Shown piece after piece: positions 53,701-64,000 of a stretch of DNA of 64,000 nucleotides (its first letter is position 1; each line of letters starts with the position of its first letter). Source of the DNA: the human T2T-CHM13v2.0 reference genome, Homo sapiens; NCBI RefSeq assembly GCF_009914755.1, contig NC_060936.1, one strand, 5' to 3'. The notes under the pieces are model-generated. The model saw only the letters and a list, made by a program, of their open reading frames with translations. It made no database searches and was not told the DNA's origin. The position numbers were made by a program, and so were the translations under genes.

Positions 53701-55007
53701 TTACTGAGAATTCTTCTGTCGAACATTACTTGAAGAAATCCCGTTTCCAACGAAGGCCTCAAAGAGGTCCAAATATCCACTTGCAGACGTTACAAACAGA
53801 GTGTTTCCAAACTGCTCCATCAAAAGAAAGGTTAAACTCTGTGAGCTGAACACACACATCAAAAAGAAGTTTCTGTGAATGATTCTGTCTAGATTTTATA
53901 AGAAGATGTTTCCTTTTCTACCGTAGGCCTCAAAGCGCTTGAAATCTCCAGCTGCAAATTCCACAAAAAGGGTGTTTAACATCTGCTCTTCTAAAGGAAA
54001 GTTCAACTCTATGAGTTGAATACACACAGCACAAAGAAGTTACTGAGACTTCTCCTATCAAACATTATATGAAGAAATCCCGTTTCCAACGAAGGCCTCA
54101 AAGAGGTCCAAATATCTGCTTGCAGACTTTACAGACAGAGTGTTTCCAAACTGCTCCATCAAAAGAAAGGTTAAACTCCTTGAGTTGAACACACACATCA
54201 CAAAGTAGTTAATGTGAATGTTTCTGTCTAGTTTTTATACGAAGATGTTTCCTTTTCTACCTTTGGTCTCAAAGCGATTGAAATCTCCACATGGAAACTC
54301 CACCAAAAGAGTGTTTCAAATCTGCTCTTTCTGAAGGAAGGTTCAACTCTGTGAGTTGAATACACACACCACAAATAAGTTACTGAGAATTCTTCTGTGT
54401 AACATTATATGAGGAAATCCCGTTTCCAACGAAGGCCTCAAAGAGGTCCAAATATCCACTTGCAGACTTTACAAAGACAGTGTCTCCAAACTCCTCCATC
54501 AAAAGAAAGGTTATACTCTGTGAATTGAACGCACACATCACAAAGTAGTTTCTGAGAATGATTCTCTCTAGTTTTTATACGAAGATATTTCCTTTTCTAC
54601 ATTTGGCCTAAAAGCGCTTGAAATCTCCACCTGCAAATATCACAAAAAGAGGGTTTCACATCTGCTCTGTCTAAAGGACAGTTCACGTCTGTGAGTTGAA
54701 TAGAGGCAACACAAAGAACTTACTCAGTATTCTTCTTTCTAGCGTTCTATGAAGAAATCCCGTTTCCAACGAAGGCCTCAAAGAAGTCAAATATCTGCTT
54801 GCAGACTTTACAGACAGAGTGTTTCCAAACTACTCTATGAAAAGAAAGCTTAAACTCCTTGAGTTGAACGCACACATCACAATGTAGTTTCTGAGAATGA
54901 TTCTGTCTAGTTTTTATACGAAGATGTTTCCTTTTCTACATTTGGTCTCAAAGCGATTGAAATCTCCAACTGGAAACTGCACAAATAGGGTGTTTCAAAT
55001 CTGCTCT

Positions 55008-55687
55008 GTCTAAAGGAAGGTTCAACTCTGTGAGTTGAATACACACACCACAAATAAGTTACTGAGAATTCTTCTTTCGAACACTACTTGTAGAAATCCC
55101 GTTTCCAACGAAGGCCTCAAAGAGGTCCAAATATCCACTTGCAGACATTACAAACAGAGTGTTTCCAAACTACTCCATCAAAAGAAAGGTTATACTCTGT
55201 GAATTGAACGCACACATCACAAAGTAGTTTCTGAGAATGATTCTGTCTAGTTTTTATACGAAGATATTTCCTTTTCTACATTTGGCCTAAAAGCGCTTGA
55301 AATCTCCACCTGCAAATATCACAAAAAGAGGGTTTCACATCTGCTCTGTCTAAAGGACAGTTCACCTCTGTGAGTTGAATAGAGGCAACACAAAGAACTT
55401 ACTCAGTATTCTTCTTTCTAGCGTTCTATGAAGAAATCCCGTTTCCAACGAAGGCCCCAAAGAGGTCCAAATATCTGCTTGCAGACTTTACAGACAGAGT
55501 GTTTCCAAACTACTCTATGAAAAGAAAGCTTAAACTCCTTGAGTTGAACGCACACATCACAAAGTAGTTTCTGAGAATGATTCTGTCTAGTTGTTATACG
55601 AAGATGTTTCCTTTTCTACATTTGGTCTCAAAGCGATTGAAATCTCCAACTGGAAACTGCACAAATAGAGTGTATCAAATCTGCTCT
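55008..55687 (-). repeat. 4-monomer (680-bp) HOR structural variant with junction at ~55163-55192
   Basis: First-half markers (tcgaac, gacattacaaacagag) switch to second-half markers (ggttatactctgtgaattg) at 55192. The next HOR start is at 55688. Confidence 0.9.
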
Positions 55688-58405
55688 GTCTAAAGGAAGG
55701 TTCAACTCTGTGAGTTGAATACACACACCACAAATAAGTTACTGAGAATTCTTCTTTCGAACATTACTTGAAGAAATCCCGTTTCCAACGAAGACCTCAA
55801 AGAGGTCCAAATATCCACTTGCAGACATTACAAACAGAGTGTTTCCAAACTGCTCCATCAAAAGAAAGGTTAAACTCTGTGAGCTGAACACACACATCAA
55901 AAAGAAGTTTCTGTGAATGATTCTGTCTAGATTTTATAAGAAGATGTTTCCTTTTCTACCGTAGGCCTCAAAGCGCTTGAAATCTCCAGCTGCAAATTCC
56001 ACAAAAAGGGTGTTTAACATCTGCTCTTCTAAAGGAAAGTTCAACTCTATGAGTTGAATACACACAGCACAAAGAAGTTACTGAGACTTCTCCTATCAAA
56101 CATTATATGAAGAAATCCCGTTTCCAACGAAGGCCTCAAAGAGGTCCAAATATCTGCTTGCAGACTTTACAGACAGAGTGTTTCCAAACTGCTCCATCAA
56201 AAGAAAGGTTAAACTCCTTGAGTTGAACACACACATCACAAAGTAGTTTCTGTGAATGATTCTGTCTAGTTTTTATACGAAGATGTTTCCTTTTCTACCT
56301 TTGGTCTCAAAGCGATTGAAATCTCCACATGGAAACTCCACAAAAAGAGTGTTTCAAATCTGCTATTTCTGAAGGAAGGTTCATCTCTGTGAGTTGAATA
56401 CACACACCACAAATAAGTTACTGAGAATTCTTCTGTGTAACATTATATGAGGAAATCCCGTTTCCAACGAAGGCCTCAAAGAGCTCCAAATATCCACTTG
56501 CAGACTTTACAAAGACAGTGTCTCCAAACTCCTCCACCAAAAGAAAGGTTATACTCTGTGAATTGAACGCACACATCACAAAGTAGTTTCTGAGAATGAT
56601 TCTGTCTAGTTTTTATACGAAGATATTTCCTTTTCTACATTTGGCCTAAAAGCGCTTGAAATCTCCACCTGCAAATATCACAAAAAGAGGGTTTCACATC
56701 TGCTCTGTCTAAAGGACAGTTCACCTCTGTGAGTTGAATAGAGGCAACACAAAGAACTTACTCAGTATTCTTCTTTCTAGCGTTCTATGAAGAAATCCCG
56801 TTTCCAACGAAGGCCCCAAAGAGGTCCAAATATCTGCTTGCAGACTTTACAGACAGAGTGTTTCCAAACTACTCTATGAAAAGAAAGCTTAAACTCCTTG
56901 AGTTGAACGCACACATCACAAAGTAGTTTCTGAGAATGATTCTGTCTAGTTTTTATACGAAGATGTTTCCTTTTCTACGTTTGGTCTCAAAGCGATTGAA
57001 ATCTCCAACTGGAAACTGCACAAATAGGGTGTTTCAAATCTGCTCTGTCTAAAGGAAGGTTCAACTCTGTGAGTTGAATACACACACCACAAATAAGTTA
57101 CTGAGAATTCTTCTGTCGAACATTACATGAAGAAATCCCGTTTCCAACGAAGGCCTCAAAGACGTCCAAATATCCACTTGCAGACATTACAAACAGAGTG
57201 TTTCCAAACTGCTCCATCAAAAGAAAGGTTAAACTCTGTGAGCTGAACACACACATCAAAAAGAAGTTTCTGTGAATGATTCTGTCTAGATTTTATAAGA
57301 AGATGTTTCCTTTTCTACCGTAGGCCTCAAAGCGCTTGAAATCTCCAGCTGCAAATTCCACAAAAAGGGTGTTTAACATCTGCTCTTCTAAAGGAAAGTT
57401 CAACTCTATGAGTTGAATACACACAGCACAAAGAAGTTACTGAGACTTCTTCTGTCTAACATTATATGAAGAAATCCCGTTTCCAACGAAGGCCTCAAAG
57501 AGGTCCAAATATCTGCCTGCAGACTTTACAGACAGAGTGTTTCCAAACTGCTCCATCAAAAGAAAGGTTAAACTCCTTGAGTTGAACACACACATCACAA
57601 AGTAGTTTCTGTGAATGATTCTGTCTAGTTTTTATACGAAGATGTTTCCTTTTCTACCTTTGGTCTCAAAGCGATTGAAATCTCCACATGGAAACTCCAC
57701 AAAAAGAGTGTTTCAAATCTGCTCTTTCTGAAGGAAGGTTCATCTCTGTGAGTTAAATACACACACCACAAATAAGTTACTGAGAATTCTTCTGTGTAAC
57801 ATTATATGAGGAAATCCCGTTTCCAACGAAGGCCTCAAAGAGGTCCAAATATCCACTTGCAGACTTTACAAGGACAGTGTCTCCAAACTCCTCCATCAAA
57901 AGAAAGGTTATACTCTGTGAATTGAACGCACACATCACAAAGTAGTTTCTGAGAATGATTCTGTCTAGTTTTTATACGAAGATATTTCCTTTTCTACATT
58001 TGGCCTAAAAGCGCTTGAAATCTCCACCTGCAAATATCACAAAAAGAGGGTTTCACATCTGCTCTGTCTAAAGGACAGTTCACCTCTGTGAGTTGAATAG
58101 AGGCAACACAAAGAACTTACTCAGTATTCTTCTTTCTAGCGTTCTATGAAGAAATCCCGTTTCCAACGAAGGCCCCAAAGAGGTCCAAATATCTGCTTGC
58201 AGACTTTACAGACAGAGTGTTTCCAAACTACTCTATGAAAAGAAAGCTTAAACTCCTTGAGTTGAACGCACACATCACAAAGTAGTTTCTGAGAATGATT
58301 CTGTCTAGTTGTTATACGAAGATGTTTCCTTTTCTACATTTGGTCTCAAAGCGATTGAAATCTCCAACTGGAAACTGCACAAATAGGGTGTTTCAAATCT
58401 GCTCT

Positions 58406-59084
58406 GTCTAAAGGAAGGTTCAACTCTGTGAGTTGAATACACACACCACAAATAAGTTACTGAGAATTCTTCTTTCGAACACTACTTGAAGAAATCCCGT
58501 TTCCAACGAAGGCCTCAAAGAGGTCCAAATATCCACTTGCAGACATTACAAACAGAGTGTTTCCAAACTGCTCCATCAAAAGAAAGGTTAAACTCTGTGA
58601 GCTGAACACACACATCAAAAAGAAGTTTCTGTGAATGATTCTGTCTAGATTTTATAAGAAGATGTTTCCTTTTCTACCGTAGGCCTCAAAGCGCTTGAAA
58701 TCTCCAGCTGCAAATTCCACAAAAAGGGTGTTTAACATCTGCTCTTCTAAAGGAAAGTTCAACTCTATGAGTTGAATACACACAGCACAAAGAAGTTACT
58801 GAGACTTCTCCTATCAAACATTATATGAAGAAATCCCGTTTCCAACGAAGGCCTCAAAGAGGTCCAAATATCTGCTTGCAGACTTTACAGACAGAGTGTT
58901 TCCAAACTGCTCCATCAAAAGAAAGGTTAAACTCCTTGAGTTGAACACACACATCACAAAGTAGTTTCTGTGAATGATTCTGTCTAGTTTTTATACGAAG
59001 ATGTTTCCTTTTCTACATTTGGTCTCAAAGCGATTGAAATCTCCAACTGGAAACTGCACAAATAGGGTGTTTCAAATCTGCTCT
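58406..59084 (-). repeat. 4-monomer (679-bp) HOR structural variant with junction at ~58972-59016
   Basis: The first half runs to 'ttctgtgaatg', then switches to the HOR-end markers 'tacatttggtc...caactggaaactgcacaaatagg'. Confidence 0.88.
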
Positions 59085-59764
59085 GTCTAAAGGAAGGTTC
59101 AACTCTGTGAGTTGAATACACACACCACAAATAAGTTACTGAGAATTCTTCTTTCGAACACTACTTGAAGAAATCCCGTTTCCAACGAAGGCCTCAAAGA
59201 GGTCCAAATATCCACTTGCAGACATTACAAACAGAGTGTTTCCAAACTGCTCCATCAAAAGAAAGGTTATACTCTGTGAATTGAACGCACACATCACAAA
59301 GTAGTTTCTGAGAATGATTCTGTCTAGTTTTTATACGAAGATATTTCCTTTTCTACATTTGGCCTAAAAGCGCTTGAAATCTCCACCTGCAAATATCACA
59401 AAAAGAGGGTTTCACATCTGCTCTGTCTAAAGGACAGTTCACCTCTGTGAGTTGAATAGAGGCAACACAAAGAACTTACTCAGTATTCTTCTTTCTAGCG
59501 TTCTATGAAGAAATCCCGTTTCCAACGAAGGCCCCAAAGAGGTCCAAATATCTGCTTGCAGACTTTACAGACAGAGTGTTTCCAAACTACTCTATGAAAA
59601 GAAAGCTTAAACTCCTTGAGTTGAACGCACACATCACAAAGTAGTTTCTGAGAATGATTCTGTCTAGTTTTTATACGAAGATGTTTCCTTTTCTACGTTT
59701 GGTCTCAAAGCGATTGAAATCTCCAACTGGAAACTGCACAAATAGGGTGTTTCAAATCTGCTGT
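59085..59764 (-). repeat. 4-monomer (680-bp) HOR structural variant with junction at ~59250-59269 (same type as 55008-55687)
   Basis: 'ttcgaacact...gacattacaaacagag...ctgctcc' is followed by 'ggttatactctgtgaattg'. The next HOR start is at 59765. Confidence 0.88.
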
Positions 59765-62700
59765 GTCTAAAGGAAGGTTCAACTCTGTGAGTTGAATACA
59801 CACACCACAAATAAGTTACTGAGAATTCTTCTGTCGAACATTACTTGAAGAAATCCCGTTTCCAACGAAGGCCTCAAAGAGGTCCAAATATCCACTTGCA
59901 GACATTACAAACAGATTGTTTCCAACCTGCTCCATCAAAAGAAAGGTTAAACTCTGTGAGCTGAACACACACATCAAAAAGAAGTTTCTGTGAATGATTC
60001 TGTCTAGATTTTATAAGAAGATGTTTCCTTTTCTACCGTAGGCCTCAAAGCGCTTGAAATCTCCAGCTGCAAATTCCACAAAAAGGGTGTTTAACATCTG
60101 CTCTTCTAAAGGAAAGTTCAACTCTATGAGTTGAATACACACAGCACAAAGAAGTTACTGAGACTTCTCCTATCAAACATTATATGAAGAAATCCCGTTT
60201 CCAACGAAGGCCTCAAAGAGGTCCAAATATCTGCTTGCAGACTTTACAGACAGAGTGTTTCCAAACTGCTCCATCAAAAGAAAGGTTAACCTCCTTGAGT
60301 TGAACACACACATCACAAAGTAGTTTCTGTGAATGATTCTGTCTAGTTTTTATACGAAGATGTTTCCTTTTCTACCTTTGGTCTCAAAGCGATTGAAATC
60401 TCCACATGGAAACTCCACAAAAAGAGTGTTTCAAATCTGCTCTTTCTGAAGGAAGGTTCATCTCTGTGAGTTGAATACACACACCACAAATAAGTTACTG
60501 AGAATTCTTCTGTGTAACATTATATGAGGAAATCCCGTTTCCAACGAAGGCCTCAAAGAGGTCCAAATATCCACTTGCAGACTTTACAAAGACAGTGTCT
60601 CCAAACTCCTCCATCAAAAGAAAGGTTATACTCTGTGAATTGAACGCACACATCACAAAGTAGTTTCTGAGAATGATTCTGTCTAGTTTTTATACGAAGA
60701 TATTTCCTTTTCTACATTTGGCCTAAAAGCGCTTGAAATCTCCACCTGCAAATATCACAAAAAGAGGGTTTCACATCTGCTCTGTCTGAAGGACAGTTCA
60801 CCTCTGTGAGTTGAATAGAGGCAACACAAAGAACTTACTCAGTATTCTTCTTTCTAGCGTTCTATGAAGAAATCCCGTTTCCAACGAAGGCCCCAAAGAG
60901 GTCCAAATATCTGCTTGCAGACTTTACAGACAGAGTGTTTCCAAACTACTCTATGAAAAGAAAGCTTAAACTCCTTGAGTTGAACGCACACATCACAAAG
61001 TAGTTTCTGAGAATGATTCTGTCTAGTTTTTATACGAAGATGTTTCCTTTTCTACATTTGGTCTCAAAGCGATTGAAATCTCCAACTGGAAACTGCACAA
61101 ATAGGGTGTTTCAAATCTGCTCTGTCTAAAGGAAGGTTCAACTCTGTGAGTTGAATACACACACCACAAATAAGTTACTGAGAATTCTTCTGTCGAACAT
61201 TACATGAAGAAATCCCGTTTCCAACGAAGGCCTCAAAGACGTCCAAATATCCACTTGCAGACATTACAAACAGAGTGTTTCCAAACTGCTCCATCAAAAG
61301 AAAGGTTAAACTCTGTGAGCTGAACACACACATCAAAAAGAAGTTTCTGTGAATGATTCTGTCTAGATTTTATAAGAAGATGTTTCCTTTTCTACCGTAG
61401 GCCTCAAAGCGCTTGAAATCTCCAGCTGCAAATTCCACAAAAAGGGTGTTTAACATCTGCTCTTCTAAAGGAAAGTTCAACTCTATGAGTTGAATACACA
61501 CAGCACAAAGAAGTTACTGAGACTTCTTCTGTCTAACATTATATGAAGAAATCCCGTTTCCAACGAAGGCCTCAAAGAGGTCCAAATATCTGCCTGCAGA
61601 CTTTACAGACAGAGTGTTTCCAAACTGCTCCATCAAAAGAAAGGTTAAACTCCTTGAGTTGAACACACACATCACAAAGTAGTTTCTGTGAATGATTCTG
61701 TCTAGTTTTTATACGAAGATGTTTCCTTTTCTACCTTTGGTCTCAAAGCGATTGAAATCTCCACATGGAAACTCCACAAAAAGAGTGTTTCAAATCTGCT
61801 CTTTCTGAAGGAAGGTTCATCTCTGTGAGTTGAATACACACACCACAAATAAGTTACTGAGAATTCTTCTGTGTAACATTATATGAGGAAATCCCGTTTC
61901 CAACGAAGGCCTCAAAGAGGTCCAAATATCCACTTGCAGACTTTACAAAGACAGTGTCTCCAAACTCCTCCATCAAAAGAAAGGTTATACTCTGTGAATT
62001 GAACGCACACATCACAAAGTAGTTTCTGAGAATGATTCTGTCTAGTTTTTATACGAAGATATTTCCTTTTCTACATTTGGCCTAAAAGCGCTTGAAATCT
62101 CCACCTGCAAATATCACAAAAAGAGGGTTTCACATCTGCTCTGTCTGAAGGACAGTTCACCTCTGTGAGTTGAATAGAGGCAACACAAAGAACTTACTCA
62201 GTATTCTTCTTTCTAGCGTTCTATGAAGAAATCCCGTTTCCAACGAAGGCCCCAAAGAGGTCCAAATATCTGCTTGCAGACTTTACAGACAGAGTGTTTC
62301 CAAACTACTCTATGAAAAGAAAGCTTAAACTCCTTGAGTTGAACGCACACATCACAAAGTAGTTTCTGAGAATGATTCTGTCTAGTTTTTATACGAAGAT
62401 GTTTCCTTTTCTACATTTGGTCTCAAAGCGATTGAAATCTCCAACTGGAAACTGCACAAATAGGGTGTTTCAAATCTGCTCTGTCTAAAGGAAGGTTCAA
62501 CTCTGTGAGTTGAATACACACACCACAAATAAGTTACTGAGAATTCTTCTGTCGAACATTACATGAAGAAATCCCGTTTCCAACGAAGGCCTCAAAGACG
62601 TCCAAATATCCACTTGCAGACATTACAAACAGAGTGTTTCCAAACTGCTCCATCAAAAGAAAGGTTAAACTCTGTGAGCTGAACACACACATCAAAAAGA

Positions 62701-64000
62701 AGTTTCTGTGAATGATTCTGTCTAGATTTTATAAGAAGATGTTTCCTTTTCTACCGTAGGCCTCAAAGCGCTTGAAATCTCCAGCTGCAAATTCCACAAA
62801 AAGGGTGTTTAACATCTGCTCTTCTAAAGGAAAGTTCAACTCTATGAGTTGAATACACACAGCACAAAGAAGTTACTGAGACTTCTCCTATCAAACATTA
62901 TATGAAGAAATCCCGTTTCCAACGAAGGCCTCAAAGAGGTCCAAATATCTGCTTGCAGACTTTACAGACAGAGTGTTTCCAAACTGCTCCATCAAAAGAA
63001 AGGTTAACCTCCTTGAGTTGAACACACACATCACAAAGTAGTTTCTGTGAATGATTCTGTCTAGTTTTTATACGAAGATGTTTCCTTTTCTACCTTTGGT
63101 CTAAAAGCGATTGAAATCTCCACATGGAAACTCCACAAAAAGAGTGTTTCAAATCTGCTCTTTCTGAAGGAAGGTTCATCTCTGTGAGTTGAATACACAC
63201 ACCACAAATAAGTTACTGAGAATTCTTCTGTGTAACATTATATGAGGAAATCCCGTTTCCAACGAAGGCCTCAAAGAGGTCCAAATATCCACTTTCAGAC
63301 TTTACAAAGACAGTGTCTCCAAACTCCTCCATCAAAAGAAAGGTTATACTCTGTGAATTGAACGCACACATCACAAAGTAGTTTCTGAGAATGATTCTGT
63401 CTAGTTTTTATACGAAGATATTTCCTTTTCTACATTTGGCCTAAAAGCGCTTGAAATCTCCACCTGCAAATATCACAAAAAGAGGGTTTCACATCTGCTC
63501 TGTCTGAAGGACAGTTCACCTCTGTGAGTTGAATAGAGGCAACACAAAGAACTTACTCAGTATTCTTCTTTCTAGCGTTCTATGAAGAAATCCCGTTTCC
63601 AACGAAGGCCCCAAAGAGGTCCAAATATCTGCTTGCAGACTTTACAGACAGAGTGTTTCCAAACTACTCTATGAAAAGAAAGCTTAAACTCCTTGAGTTG
63701 AACGCACACATCACAAAGTAGTTTCTGAGAATGATTCTGTCTAGTTTTTATACGAAGATGTTTCCTTTTCTACATTTGGTCTCAAAGCGATTGAAATCTC
63801 CAACTGGAAACTGCACAAATAGGGTGTTTCAAATCTGCTCTGTCTAAAGGAAGGTTCAACTCTGTGAGTTGAATACACACACCACAAATAAGTTACTGAG
63901 AATTCTTCTGTCGAACATTACATGAAGAAATCCCGTTTCCAACGAAGGCCTCAAAGACGTCCAAATATCCACTTGCAGACATTACAAACAGAGTGTTTCC

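Larger units (their letters stand above)
1..64000 (-). repeat. Alpha-satellite higher-order repeat array, SF1 (J1/J2 dimer) type, 8-mer HOR of 1358-1359 bp; probably human chromosome 12 D12Z3 (S1C12H1L)
   Basis: ~170-bp tandem monomers throughout. The reverse complement matches the SF1 EcoRI dimer (aattctcagtaactt...cttcgttggaaacgggatttcttcat). The marker 'gtcgaac' recurs at 69, 1427, 2785, 4143, 5501, 6860 and on to ~63910. Each HOR has one AAGCTT, one CAGCTG and two GAATTC (59, 739). Confidence is ~0.99 for alpha satellite and ~0.8 for D12Z3, which rests on the recalled ~1.35-kb HindIII/PvuII and 680-bp EcoRI periodicity. Confidence 0.97.

Noticed and set aside
1-64000. CRISPR-like or other repeat-spacer system suggested by the regularly spaced conserved 17-25-bp motif
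   Set aside because: The motif is the CENP-B box, and the intervening sequences are themselves repeated monomers rather than unique spacers. There are no cas or other genes.
1-64000. Transposon insertion (L1/Alu), inversion or unique-sequence island
   Set aside because: None seen: there is no poly-A tail, no strand switch of the CENP-B box and no break in the ~340-bp phase.
1-64000. Claim that this window is the kinetochore (CENP-A/CDR) site
   Set aside because: High homogeneity and intact CENP-B boxes indicate a live array, but CDR position is epigenetic and cannot be read from sequence.

Overview
The whole 64-kb window is primate (almost certainly human) centromeric alpha-satellite DNA. 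It is one uninterrupted head-to-tail array of ~170-bp monomers, read in the reverse-complement of the conventional orientation. Monomers alternate as a ~340-bp dimer with a CENP-B box in every second monomer, matching suprachromosomal family 1 (J1/J2). They form a highly homogeneous 8-monomer higher-order repeat (HOR) of 1358-1359 bp (about 47 HOR lengths). Each HOR carries one HindIII site, one PvuII site and two EcoRI sites ~680 bp apart. This best fits the live chromosome 12 array D12Z3 (S1C12H1L); the assignment is from recall, not from an alignment. I see no genes, transposon insertions, inversions or unique sequence. The two listed ORFs are chance products of private point changes. I found no new gene-based system. 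The informative signal is array architecture read from shared variants: four 4-mer (half-HOR) units with three distinct junctions, a recurring 3-HOR (~4.07 kb) period, long-range block copies at ~28.5, ~19 and ~11.5 kb, two interleaved HOR haplotype lineages, a short half-register conversion tract, and four CENP-B boxes with core mutations. All variant mapping was done by eye, so breakpoints are approximate.
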